IMG/VR virus record: IMGVR_UViG_3300021142_000023
Span: 12,453-76,452 of that record
Reading direction: 5' to 3' (one strand)
DNA: 64,000 bases
Source: a virus
Part shown: in pieces, positions 9,147 to 18,901 of the stretch
Position numbering within the stretch: the stretch's first letter is position 1
Layout: every line of letters begins with the position of its first letter
Notes under the pieces: generated by a model
The model's database searches: none
Seen by the model: the letters and a program-made list of their open reading frames with translations, nothing else
Told to the model about the DNA's origin: nothing
Position numbers and translations under genes: made by a program

Positions 9147-10163
9147 ATGATTATTCCTCAAAACTTTATAATACAGACCTTCTTCCAATATGCGAAGAGA
9201 CCTGTATTTAGAAAGAATACTAACACGTATGCTGGGGAATGTCCATACTGTCATGAAGGTAAGAGTGCGGGTAAAAAACGTAGATTTTACTATATAGCAG
9301 AAGATGACCATTTGTTTTGTCATAACTGTAGTGAAAGCAAAAACGGATTAGAGTTTGTAAAAGATATGACTGGTTTATCTGTTAGTGAAATACTAGCAGA
9401 GTCTGGTAGTCATGCTGATACAGTTGAAGAGCTTATTAAGAAGTCAGATTTTTATAAGAAAGCTAATCCTAACCCTTTACCCTACGATAGTATTAACTTA
9501 TTTGACGGTAATCAGGTATCGTTTTATAAAGAGAACCAGGTAGTTAAGGATGCTCTTGAGTTTATTAACAAGAGACGCTTAAACACCGCTATTAATAAGC
9601 CTAAATCGCTTTGGATCAGCTTGACTGATATGACCCATAAAAATAGAGTGGTGTTTCCGTTTTATAATACAGAAGGTAAAATTATAACTTATCAATCGAG
9701 AGCTTTATACAAAGAAGACGAAGATAAAGCAAAGTACCTATCTAAGGTTAATAGTGATAAGGGAGTGTTTAACTTAGATAAAGTATCTTCTGATATAGAA
9801 TATATATTCCTACAGGAAGGACCTATTGATGCTATGTTTTTGCGTAATAGTGTAGCATTAGCTGGTATACACCCTACTCAAGAGCAGTTAGAATTGATAC
9901 GTAAGTCGTACCCTATGCACGAACTAGTTTATGTGCTAGATAATCAGTGGGCAGATAAGACTTCTTACAAAGTAACTAAAGAGCTCTTAGATAAAGGAGA
10001 GTCTGTATTTATTTGGCCTAAAGAATGTAGTCAATATAAAGATTTAAACGAACTCTGTACTAAACAAAAACAAGACGAAATACAATATACTAATATTGTA
10101 CAAAACACGTATAAAGGTATGAGAGGATTAATACAATACTCTCAGATCAAAAGGCCTGCTTAG
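9147..10163 (+). CDS. gp61: DNA primase (T4 gp61-like)
   Basis: Zn finger CPYC...CHNC, YQSR, KYL, EGPIDAMFL, LDN, KDLNE (TOPRIM). Confidence 0.9.
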   Translation: MIIPQNFIIQTFFQYAKRPVFRKNTNTYAGECPYCHEGKSAGKKRRFYYIAEDDHLFCHNCSESKNGLEFVKDMTGLSVSEILAESGSHADTVEELIKKSDFYKKANPNPLPYDSINLFDGNQVSFYKENQVVKDALEFINKRRLNTAINKPKSLWISLTDMTHKNRVVFPFYNTEGKIITYQSRALYKEDEDKAKYLSKVNSDKGVFNLDKVSSDIEYIFLQEGPIDAMFLRNSVALAGIHPTQEQLELIRKSYPMHELVYVLDNQWADKTSYKVTKELLDKGESVFIWPKECSQYKDLNELCTKQKQDEIQYTNIVQNTYKGMRGLIQYSQIKRPA

Positions 10164-11032
10164 CGAGTCGTAATCTTGCTAGTAGCGTCGTGAATCTTTT
10201 TACTAGAACTTGTAACAACTGTTTTAAATAGTTCTGCTAAGCCACGTAAGTTTTCAGCTAACTTAGTAATACGTTTTTCTTCACGGCGAACAATACCCTT
10301 AAAAGGAATAGAGTTGCGCATTTCTAATGCATTAATTTGAGCATTTAAACTATGCTCATCAGCACCATTAATGAATGTTGCCATGTCGTCAAGCTTCTTG
10401 ATCCACTCACGTGCTTTAGCAACGCCTTCTGTATCAAGCTTGAGAGCTGGGTTTGATGCTCCATCAAAAGCCTTAGGATCGGTTTTTGGGTCCAAGGATT
10501 TAGCCCAGCCAGCGTGGTCGTCGCCGCCTGCTTGAGCAGGGGCTGCCGGCGCCGGTGCTGGGGTTGGAGCTGGTTTAGCTTCTTGAAAATTTTCTTCTAA
10601 TGCCTCTTGAACGTTCTTTGCAAATTGTGCCATGTGACGGGTATGAGGATTCTTACTGTGTACAGCTTTGTTTAACTTTGCAGCAGGAATCTTTTCGCCT
10701 TGCGGCACGTGTAAAGCTTTATGTAAACCGCCTTTTTTAACATGTGCGTGTTGAATCCATTTCGGGTCGTTTTCTTTAACAGGAAATTCCTCGCCACCTA
10801 ACTCAAAAGTATCTTTACCAGCTTCTTTAGCTTTTTGATCTTTAAAATGTAAAACCCCGGCACCTTCTTTGTCTAAGACTTTACCTTTTTCCTTGACTGG
10901 AAATGTTTCATCGCCTAACTTAAATGAGTCTTTACCAGCTTTTTTAGCCTCTACATCCTTTAAATGCATAATACCAGCGTTACTCTCTTTGCCCAAGGAT
11001 TCATTAAAAGCGGTTATAAACTGATTCTTCAT
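10160..11032 (-). CDS. Hypothetical modular protein, probable internal head protein
   Basis: MKNQFITAFNES start 6 nt after TAAATA; internal duplication AKKAGKDSFKLGDETFPVKE / AKEAGKDTFELGGEEFPVKE. Confidence 0.65.
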   Translation of the reverse strand: MKNQFITAFNESLGKESNAGIMHLKDVEAKKAGKDSFKLGDETFPVKEKGKVLDKEGAGVLHFKDQKAKEAGKDTFELGGEEFPVKENDPKWIQHAHVKKGGLHKALHVPQGEKIPAAKLNKAVHSKNPHTRHMAQFAKNVQEALEENFQEAKPAPTPAPAPAAPAQAGGDDHAGWAKSLDPKTDPKAFDGASNPALKLDTEGVAKAREWIKKLDDMATFINGADEHSLNAQINALEMRNSIPFKGIVRREEKRITKLAENLRGLAELFKTVVTSSSKKIHDATSKITTR

Positions 11033-11089
11033 ATACATTATTTACTACTTTTCTATTGAATTTCTATTGATCTATATTATTATAACCAT

Positions 11090-11833
11090 ATGTCAAAAGC
11101 ATTAGTCATATTATCAGGTGGAATGGACAGCTCTATATTACTTCACTATGTAACTAAGAAGCTTAATTACGATGAAGTATATGCTATTACGTTTAACTAC
11201 GGGCAACGGATTATTCGAGAAATCGACTGTGCAAAGTATCAGGTAGATGCTTGCAAAGTTAAAGAACATAAGATAGTAGATATGGATTTCTTTAGAAGTA
11301 TATCCACTATGTCTGCTTTAACCAATACCAATCTAAATATTCCAAAAGCTAAAGATGATATTGGTAATGCACAGCCTTTAAGCTATGTTCCTTTTAGAAA
11401 TTTACTTCTACTTACAACGGCTGCTGGTTGGGCTGAATCTATTGGGGCTTCAGACCTGTTTTACGGTGCAGTACAAACTGACGACTTCTCGGGTTACTGG
11501 GACTGCACGTCGTTATTCCTTAATAAGGTTAACGAACTATACAGTCTTAACCGTAAAAACGTTATTAAAGTTAATGCACCTTTTATGCAGTTCTCTAAAG
11601 AAGAGGTTGTCACAACAGGTATTGAACTAGGTATTAACTTTAAGCAAACCCATACATGTTACGAGGGTAAAGAAGTAGCATGCGGAGAGTGTGTATCATG
11701 TTCAGCAAGATTAAAAGCTTTTATAGATAATAAAATAATAGACCCAATACCTTATGCAAAAGAAGTACCTTGGTCTAAATACGATTGTAAACCTTATACT
11801 AAATCAACATATGTGCGGAATAGCGGGCAGTAA
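11090..11833 (+). CDS. queC: 7-cyano-7-deazaguanine synthase
   Basis: LSGGMDS, FNYGQR, YVPFRN, GYWDC, TCY....CGECVSC..R. Confidence 0.95.
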   Translation: MSKALVILSGGMDSSILLHYVTKKLNYDEVYAITFNYGQRIIREIDCAKYQVDACKVKEHKIVDMDFFRSISTMSALTNTNLNIPKAKDDIGNAQPLSYVPFRNLLLLTTAAGWAESIGASDLFYGAVQTDDFSGYWDCTSLFLNKVNELYSLNRKNVIKVNAPFMQFSKEEVVTTGIELGINFKQTHTCYEGKEVACGECVSCSARLKAFIDNKIIDPIPYAKEVPWSKYDCKPYTKSTYVRNSGQ

Positions 11834-12467
11834 ATACAGAACACAAGCGTTTGAGCATTACAAAGATAATCTCAATAGAGGTTATTATAGCTCTGGTGCG
11901 TTAGTAATAGACACTAACGGTCAGTATACTACTAAAAAAATATTAGGCACGTTTAAGGAACCTATAGACTGTTTTAATTCACCAGGTATACACACACGCG
12001 GTCAATATTTTTTGTACCATTCTCGCGGACCCACTGTTGAAACAAGAGAGTTTGAGACAGAAAACAATCATCCGTTTTTTTACGGTGATTGGGTAGTTGC
12101 ACATAACGGTATTATTAGCAATTTTGAGAGTTTATGTAGAGAGTACTTTCCAGACGAAGATTTTACCGGCAGAACCGATAGCTGTATTATTCCTCGTATG
12201 CTAGAAATTAAACCGCAAGTATCAGATGCTATTGAAGCACTTAAAGGTACGTATGCAATCTGGGCTTTTAATACAAAATATAAAAAGACTTGGTTAGCTA
12301 AGAGTGGTAGTACTTTATTTGCAAATACTAAAACAGGGGATTTTTCATCTACAGAATTTGACGAAAGTACACCTTTAAATGAAGGTATTATATATGCTGT
12401 ACAGGATTATAATAGTATAGTGCCGGCTGGAAGATTTAAGCACAAATCTCCATACTTCATATTCTAA
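11811..12467 (+). CDS. Class II (Ntn) glutamine amidotransferase
   Basis: MCGIAG N-terminal Cys nucleophile, NRG..SSG, HSRGPT, NNHPF, AHNGII, TDS; overlaps the queC stop. Confidence 0.88.
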   Translation: MCGIAGSKYRTQAFEHYKDNLNRGYYSSGALVIDTNGQYTTKKILGTFKEPIDCFNSPGIHTRGQYFLYHSRGPTVETREFETENNHPFFYGDWVVAHNGIISNFESLCREYFPDEDFTGRTDSCIIPRMLEIKPQVSDAIEALKGTYAIWAFNTKYKKTWLAKSGSTLFANTKTGDFSSTEFDESTPLNEGIIYAVQDYNSIVPAGRFKHKSPYFIF

Positions 12468-12475
12468 ATATATGC

Positions 12476-12844
12476 ATGCCCTCACGCAAAGCACCCGAAA
12501 GAAATACCGCTATAGACTATATCAATAGGGATATAGTTAACGTTAAAGAAGATCTAGCCAATATAAGCAAGATTGTTCGAGACGGTAATGGTCACCCGAG
12601 TTTAATGCAACAAGTTGCAACACTTAACAATGACTTGACGCATTTAAGAACAGAAATGGATAGTCGTTTTAATGAAACTCGAGACCTAATGGAAGTATAC
12701 CATAACGAAATGTACTCCGCTATTAATAAGTGTGATGCAAAACACCAAAAACAGCAAGGCTTACATTGGCATATGCAAACAGCTATTTGGGTTGCTTTAA
12801 TAAGCAGTGTAACTGATTTATTAATTCATTTTTTCGGGAAATAG
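12476..12844 (+). CDS. Coiled-coil protein with C-terminal hydrophobic helix (late-expressed membrane protein)
   Basis: Heptad-like middle, C-terminal AIWVALISSVTDLLIHFF; TAAATA at 12465-12470. Confidence 0.5.
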   Translation: MPSRKAPERNTAIDYINRDIVNVKEDLANISKIVRDGNGHPSLMQQVATLNNDLTHLRTEMDSRFNETRDLMEVYHNEMYSAINKCDAKHQKQQGLHWHMQTAIWVALISSVTDLLIHFFGK

Positions 12845-12886
12845 TAGTAGATTTATTTTTATAAACCTTTATAATGTAAGCACTAT

Positions 12887-13147
12887 ATGAAAGGCTTACA
12901 GTTAAATACAGAAGAGAAACAACTACTTGTAGAATCACTACTGTTTACGGCTAGTTGTGATGTGTGTTCAGATCACACCGCAGCACATCGTAAGCGTATA
13001 CTCGATCTTGCAGAAAAAATAAATGACAAGAATATAAAGCTGCATAATATTTTTATCTATAAAACTGGTATTAGTGATGACGTAACACTAGACGAGATTG
13101 CTAAGAAGTTTCCTAACGTTCCTCGCGAAACTATCATACAAGACTAA
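12887..13147 (+). CDS. Hypothetical protein
   Basis: ORF track. Confidence 0.55.
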   Translation: MKGLQLNTEEKQLLVESLLFTASCDVCSDHTAAHRKRILDLAEKINDKNIKLHNIFIYKTGISDDVTLDEIAKKFPNVPRETIIQD

Positions 13148-13833
13148 TGAACGTTTATATTGGTTTTTGTTCTACTGCTACCTCCTACTCTAATCTCAAG
13201 GAGAGAAGTAAATTCACTATCGTTAATAGTGAAGGCTTAGAAAATGTTAAAATCGCAAATGGGGCTTTTAATAATAAGACTGCTATTGCTAAGGTTTATA
13301 ACTCTTTTATTAACTCCCTTAAAGACGAAGACTGTATATTAGTACTAGCACATGATGATGTTGTTATTACTGATGAAAAATGGATAGAAAAACTAAAACA
13401 AGCCTTAAAACAATATGACGTGGTGGGTTTAGCAGGCGGGGTTAACCCTAAAATACAAGCACCTGCATTGTGGCACTTAATGTGTGCTAAGGAAGACTTA
13501 AAAGGCGGTGTTAACCATGTAGATATGGGTAAAAACAGTGTATTTAACACCACATTTGGTAAAAATGGTAGAGTGGCTCTTTTAGATGGTTTGTTCTTAG
13601 CATTTAACCCTAAAAAAATATCTGAAGTTGGTGTTAACTTTGATGAAACATGTCCATCTAAATTCCACTTCTACGACCTAGACTTTAGTTTACAATGTAA
13701 TAAAGCTAAACTTAAACTTGGTACCACTAACATTGGTGTTACACATGCTTCCCCAGGTCTACAAAACTATTCAGACGAATTTAGACTTGGACAAGACTGG
13801 TTTATTAACAAAGCAAGAACTGGACAATATTAA
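13147..13833 (+). CDS. Glycosyltransferase, GT-A fold (GT2-like)
   Basis: IAKVYN, VLAHDDV (DxD-like), VVGLAG, LDGLFLA, FDE...FHFYDLDFS. Confidence 0.75.
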   Translation: MNVYIGFCSTATSYSNLKERSKFTIVNSEGLENVKIANGAFNNKTAIAKVYNSFINSLKDEDCILVLAHDDVVITDEKWIEKLKQALKQYDVVGLAGGVNPKIQAPALWHLMCAKEDLKGGVNHVDMGKNSVFNTTFGKNGRVALLDGLFLAFNPKKISEVGVNFDETCPSKFHFYDLDFSLQCNKAKLKLGTTNIGVTHASPGLQNYSDEFRLGQDWFINKARTGQY

Positions 13834-13854
13834 TTTTTATAATACAATACTACT

Positions 13855-14436
13855 ATGATTATCAAAGACCAAACTATCTATAACGGCGATTTTATTCACA
13901 AGCGTTTTGCTTACAAGTATTTTAGAGATAAGACTCTAGCTGTGGGTAATATTGTTAGCTATGTTGCACCCGTAGAAGTTACATTAAATCTTATCGATTT
14001 AGAAGATTCTTTAGAAAAAGACTATATCTATAGTGAATCTATGATTAACTTCTGTTGGGAAATACCTAACTTAGATCCATTCGGTGCAGTTTGTTTTCAG
14101 CGTTTGTTTAATACAGCAATTGCTAATACTTTACATACGTATATTAAGAAGCCTATCGAAATGAAGGGCGACGACTTGATTGTTCACGGGGAATTTACAC
14201 AAGGCGGTGTAGTACAACAAAAAGGTAAAGCTTCGGTTAGTATTACGTACTCTAAAGACAACGTAGCTATTGGGCATACCGGTATTAATATTACTGCTGG
14301 TAAACAAGCACCTGCTTTTGCGTATAGCACAAACTTAACACCTGAGCAAGCAGAGAAGTTTCAGTTACAAGTGCATCAGCAATTTTACCAGATGGTAGAT
14401 AACATCTTTGTTGCTACTTCTAAGGTGATTGTTTGA
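13855..14436 (+). CDS. DUF366-like protein (biotin/lipoate-ligase-like fold)
   Basis: YNG..I...FAY, IDLED....YIYS..M.NF..E, FQRL, KGDDL, K.SVSI, HTGINI pattern recalled from the DUF366 family. Confidence 0.7.
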   Translation: MIIKDQTIYNGDFIHKRFAYKYFRDKTLAVGNIVSYVAPVEVTLNLIDLEDSLEKDYIYSESMINFCWEIPNLDPFGAVCFQRLFNTAIANTLHTYIKKPIEMKGDDLIVHGEFTQGGVVQQKGKASVSITYSKDNVAIGHTGINITAGKQAPAFAYSTNLTPEQAEKFQLQVHQQFYQMVDNIFVATSKVIV

Positions 14437-14833
14437 TATGTTTACACATTTAAACAACATATTATACAAAAAACATCCTGATAAAGAGCTGACTAGCATT
14501 AACGAGGATAAGGAATTTCAACCATTCCTTATCCAGCGTTGGTGTACTATGTATTCTACGTCTATTACGTCATTAGTTAATGATACTACTAATAGATACT
14601 GGAAAATCCTTGAGAACAATAAAGATTGGTACGCTGCACTAGACACAGTTATACCGACTTGTAGATTCAAAAAGATTTCATATATTAAAAAGACTAAAAA
14701 AGAAGCAGTTAAGAAGTCTAATGAAACATTATTAAAGATTGCAAGTAATCTTGAAATTTCCAGTAGAGAAGTAAGTCAATACATAGAACAGTTTAATTTA
14801 AAAATTCCAAATGAAGAAAAATCTAACCTATAA
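14429..14833 (+). CDS. gp62: Clamp loader small subunit (T4 gp62-like)
   Basis: F..LNNI..K...FQPFLIQRW...RFKKISYIKK...ISSREV pattern and size. Confidence 0.65.
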   Translation: MFDMFTHLNNILYKKHPDKELTSINEDKEFQPFLIQRWCTMYSTSITSLVNDTTNRYWKILENNKDWYAALDTVIPTCRFKKISYIKKTKKEAVKKSNETLLKIASNLEISSREVSQYIEQFNLKIPNEEKSNL

Positions 14834-15269
14834 AGTCGAAAAAGATCTAAAAGCTCAAGGCATTAATGCTGAAGACCGGGAAAAAGCTTTGAGAGCTAAT
14901 GAAGACGTACAAACAGATAATGTCAAAGGTCTTGTACAGCTTGACAATTACATGGGTTCTGATATTAATCTTAGTGATTGGAAACTTGAATCACTTTTAG
15001 ATGATATCATGATGTGTCAATTTGCAGATTGTAATGAAGATAACACTCAAATTATGAGAGACGGTATTTTTGTACCGGTTAACATGGTTCAATCTGCTTG
15101 GCGTGTAGCTAAAGTTATTATTGCAGGACCGCGTTGTAAGACTAAGGTTGGAGAACACGTAATATTTCCAAGTAACTTCGGTATTAAATGCGCAAAGATG
15201 AATGGATTAAAAAACATTGTATTTCTTAATGAAGAACGCATCTTTGGCCGTGCAACCCCTGCTAAGTAA
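14811..15269 (+). CDS. GroES-like co-chaperonin (T4 gp31 analogue)
   Basis: L.D.I....DGIFVP...AKVIIAGP....VGEHVIFP...FLNEERIFG. Confidence 0.7.
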   Translation: MKKNLTYKVEKDLKAQGINAEDREKALRANEDVQTDNVKGLVQLDNYMGSDINLSDWKLESLLDDIMMCQFADCNEDNTQIMRDGIFVPVNMVQSAWRVAKVIIAGPRCKTKVGEHVIFPSNFGIKCAKMNGLKNIVFLNEERIFGRATPAK

Positions 15270-15274
15270 TATGT

Positions 15275-15649
15275 ATGTCTCCAGGAGCACTAGAACAAAT
15301 TTTAAACGGCCATGCGGTCGAATTAAGATTTGATAGACGGAGACCTTTACCTGGTAATACAGTAAGAAGAATGCTTGCGACTAACGATACAAACCTACTT
15401 AATAGTATGCCAGGTCGTATGGCATTGAACTTTCATGGTGCGCCTGGAAGATTAAAGTTTAGCCCTGAACAAAGAGGTTTAGTTATGACTTGGGACATCC
15501 TTATGCAGGATTTTAGGTTAATCCCTGCAGAAAACGTTCAAGTAGTAAGAGCAATAAAGACTACACCACCAGACGAATTTTGGGATTTTTTTAATAGAGT
15601 ACTATCTAAAATGTCAGAGGGACAAAAAGTCTCATTCATGCACACATGA
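15275..15649 (+). CDS. Hypothetical protein, SH3/WYL-like beta-barrel
   Basis: VELRF.R...RRMLAT...VMTWDI...DFR pattern. Confidence 0.5.
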   Translation: MSPGALEQILNGHAVELRFDRRRPLPGNTVRRMLATNDTNLLNSMPGRMALNFHGAPGRLKFSPEQRGLVMTWDILMQDFRLIPAENVQVVRAIKTTPPDEFWDFFNRVLSKMSEGQKVSFMHT

Positions 15650-15978
15650 CCGATAAAATTGATACATTATTAAAGCCATTATTGCAAAGAGATGTTGTTT
15701 TTAGTTTTAAACAAAAAAACTACAAAAGCGGCAAGCTACTGCTATACAAGCTTTCCGGGAATTACCTATCTTTTATTCTAGTTAACGAAAAGAAAAGAGA
15801 AACATTCGAAATACCGTTTCCTTATTCAGCATATTTTGAAAAAAACAAGGTATACTTTGATTACAAGCTTGAAACACTTGCTGAAAACGACTTTGACTTA
15901 TTAATAACATTAAAAGGTGTTAATAAGATTAAAAATAGTCGGTTTTATGATAGCGTTATGACCATTTCGTCCTTGTAA
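15646..15978 (+). CDS. Hypothetical protein
   Basis: ORF track. Confidence 0.55.
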   Translation: MTDKIDTLLKPLLQRDVVFSFKQKNYKSGKLLLYKLSGNYLSFILVNEKKRETFEIPFPYSAYFEKNKVYFDYKLETLAENDFDLLITLKGVNKIKNSRFYDSVMTISSL

Positions 15979-16014
15979 TTTTTATATTTTACTGTATACT
16001 CTATCTTTTAATTA

Positions 16015-17631
16015 ATGAAGATAGAAAAACCAATACTCAGCTATTTTCCTGCTCCGCACACGCCTAGAGAGCACCAAATTCAAGGCTTGCAACAGATAGA
16101 AGAAGCTATAAACTCTGGTACGAAGTTTATTATAGTACAAGCACCTACCGGTTCTGGTAAATCTTTCTTCAGCAAGACCCTTTCTAATACTACTAATAGT
16201 GCAGATTCTGAATATGAAAAACTAGTCAATAACTATCAAGCGTTTGATAAAGATTTTCCACCAGTTTTTAATAGATTCCCTAATCACGGGTTATTTGCTT
16301 TAACCACCACCAAAGCTTTACAGGATCAGTATGGAGAGTTGTTCGAAGATAGTACCATATTTAAAGGCAAATCTAACTATCAATGTGAAGTTGATGATAG
16401 TTTTGCTGTCGATCAGGCGCCTTGTGTGATTTCGCCTAATCAAAAGAAAAAATGCTGGAACGATTGTACTTGTCCGTACTATGAAATGCGTAATGAAGCA
16501 TTAATTGATAGGTTTACTGTTCTTAACTACGCTTCTTTCTTTAATTTACCTGATCATGTAAAAAGACGTCAGATTATTGTATGTGACGAGGCGTCAGAAG
16601 TAGAAGATGAAATAGTTAAAAACTTTTCAGTAGTAGTAAACTATAAATCTTTAACGTATCTTGATGTAAAGGCAGAAAAATTAACTAGCGAGTCACAGCC
16701 GAAAGTGCTCGGGTGGTTATTAGATGTACAGAGTGCTATAGAAGATACTATTGATAGCTTTAATGAACGTTCTCGTTTTGAAAAAAACAAAATTGAACTA
16801 TCAAAACAAAGACAACGTAAAGATCTTTGTGATGCTATTAAGCACACAATCAATCATTGGGACGATGCACAGTATATTGTCGAAAAAGACGCTGAAAAGG
16901 TAGTGGTTACCCCGTTAAAAATCGATCGGTTAACACACTGCTTGTTTGATTTTGCAGAAGTAGTTGTATTAATGAGTGCAACTATCGTAGACCGCGATAT
17001 TTTTGCGAGGAATTTAGGTATCACTGACTACAAATATATAGAAGTACCCTCGACTTTTGACCCTAAAAAGAGCCCTATCATATTAGGGGATAAACTTCCA
17101 TTAAATCATGCATTAATGGATAAAAACCTACCAGGGGTATTAGCAGAAGCTGTAAACATTGCTAACTATCACAAAGATGAAAAGGGTATTATACATACTC
17201 ACACGTTTAAAATTACACAAGAACTACAAAGAAAGCTAAATGGCAGAAGATTTTTGTATAGAGAAGAGGGAACCACTAATGAAAACATTATAAAAGAGCA
17301 TAGTATGCGTACAGACCCTACGGTCATAGTAAGTCCTTCATTGACTATGGGGTTAGATCTTAAGGGAGACCTCGGAAAATGGCAAATTATTATAAAGTTA
17401 CCATACCTTCCGCTAGGAAATAAGCGTATTAAGATGTTATCTGAAAAAGATAAGGATTGGTATCGTATGAAAATGCTTATTACTTTAATCCAAGCTGCTG
17501 GAAGATGTACGAGAACTAAAGACGATGAGAGTTGCACCTATATTTTAGACGGATTAGCTAGTAAAATCATAAATGACTGTAGAGACAAATTACCGAAGCA
17601 CTTTCTAGACAGAATATATAGAAGTGCGTAA
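16015..17631 (+). CDS. DinG/Rad3(XPD)-like SF2 helicase
   Basis: PREHQ, QAPTGSGKS, KGKSNYQC...CPYY, DEAS, MSATI, MGLDL, QAAGRCTR. Confidence 0.85.
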   Translation: MKIEKPILSYFPAPHTPREHQIQGLQQIEEAINSGTKFIIVQAPTGSGKSFFSKTLSNTTNSADSEYEKLVNNYQAFDKDFPPVFNRFPNHGLFALTTTKALQDQYGELFEDSTIFKGKSNYQCEVDDSFAVDQAPCVISPNQKKKCWNDCTCPYYEMRNEALIDRFTVLNYASFFNLPDHVKRRQIIVCDEASEVEDEIVKNFSVVVNYKSLTYLDVKAEKLTSESQPKVLGWLLDVQSAIEDTIDSFNERSRFEKNKIELSKQRQRKDLCDAIKHTINHWDDAQYIVEKDAEKVVVTPLKIDRLTHCLFDFAEVVVLMSATIVDRDIFARNLGITDYKYIEVPSTFDPKKSPIILGDKLPLNHALMDKNLPGVLAEAVNIANYHKDEKGIIHTHTFKITQELQRKLNGRRFLYREEGTTNENIIKEHSMRTDPTVIVSPSLTMGLDLKGDLGKWQIIIKLPYLPLGNKRIKMLSEKDKDWYRMKMLITLIQAAGRCTRTKDDESCTYILDGLASKIINDCRDKLPKHFLDRIYRSA

Positions 17632-17640
17632 GTATATTTT

Positions 17641-18864
17641 GTGCAACAATATAATTATCATTGGGAGATCAAGGATTTATTAACGCAATTCTTGCAGGCT
17701 TTCGATGGCGCTGTAGTAAAACGTTTTGATAATCAAAGAAACCCTGGGGCTTCGGTAGCAGTTCGTTATGTTTACTCTGCAAAACAGAGAGTATTACACG
17801 ATTTAGTAGACAAAGCGCAGACATTAACACTTCCTGTTGTAGCTTTTAGTATAGCTTCAATATCTCGTGATGTTAATAGAGTATTTAATAAACTTGGTGG
17901 TTCTTATTATAACTCAAGTTCTACTGATGTATCCAGTATTCATACATTACAACCAGTACCGGTTAACATTGCTGTTAACATTAATATTGTAACTCGGTTT
18001 CAAACCGATATGGATCAAATTCTTAGTAATTTTGTTCCTTGGAGCGACCCTTATTTTATAATTTCAACTACTAATGACTCTTTACCGAATCAAGAAATAA
18101 GAACAGAAGTATTGTGGGATGGGGCTTTAAAGATGGGCTACCCAATGGACTTAACTGATTTACAACGTACAAGAGTCACTTGTGACACTGTTTTTACTAT
18201 TAAAGGATGGTTGTTTAAGTCCACTCAAAGCCCTGTTGGTAGAATATTTAAGATTGATAGCAACTTTTACGCAGTTTCTGCTATACCTCAAGATGAATCT
18301 GCATATGGTTCAATATATAACATATTAAATGAACTAAACGGTACACCTTATAATGAGACTGTTACAGTTTCTGCACGCCCTGTAACAAGATACACAGATA
18401 GGTGGATTACACCTACAAGTCTTTCCGGTACTTGTACTCTACTAGGAGATTCTTATAACCATACAAACGGTGTTTATTTAAGTGCTTCTGTACCTGGTAT
18501 GTTTGGGTATAACAATAATGTTACTCTTTCCGCATTTTCCGGTATACCTTCCCTGTCTGCATATTATCCTGATATCCAGAACGTGGTACCTGTACTAAAT
18601 TACTGGATTGTTAACAATAATAAAATGGTTGTTAACTATCAAGCCCCTGCAGATGCTGCAGACGGGGGATATTTTGATATTATTGTAACTAACCCAGCCG
18701 GATATTCTATTTTATCTAAAGATTCGTATCAACCTGGAATGCCGGTACAACAACCCTACGCTTTAAGCGGTATTAAAGTTATAACTGTTAACCCGGTAGA
18801 TATTAACTGGATGAACGCAACATTTACATGGGATGGTAACACATATACTTGGCTAACAGTGTAA
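17641..18864 (+). CDS. gp15: Tail terminator/sheath stabiliser (T4 gp15-like) with C-terminal extension
   Basis: YHWEIK....F...FD, V.Y.....K, TLP...F, PVPVNI, DMDQIL..F.P. Confidence 0.75.
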   Translation: MQQYNYHWEIKDLLTQFLQAFDGAVVKRFDNQRNPGASVAVRYVYSAKQRVLHDLVDKAQTLTLPVVAFSIASISRDVNRVFNKLGGSYYNSSSTDVSSIHTLQPVPVNIAVNINIVTRFQTDMDQILSNFVPWSDPYFIISTTNDSLPNQEIRTEVLWDGALKMGYPMDLTDLQRTRVTCDTVFTIKGWLFKSTQSPVGRIFKIDSNFYAVSAIPQDESAYGSIYNILNELNGTPYNETVTVSARPVTRYTDRWITPTSLSGTCTLLGDSYNHTNGVYLSASVPGMFGYNNNVTLSAFSGIPSLSAYYPDIQNVVPVLNYWIVNNNKMVVNYQAPADAADGGYFDIIVTNPAGYSILSKDSYQPGMPVQQPYALSGIKVITVNPVDINWMNATFTWDGNTYTWLTV

Positions 18865-18901
18865 ACATCTATGTGTTTATACTAAATAATAAAGACCTAT
18901 C

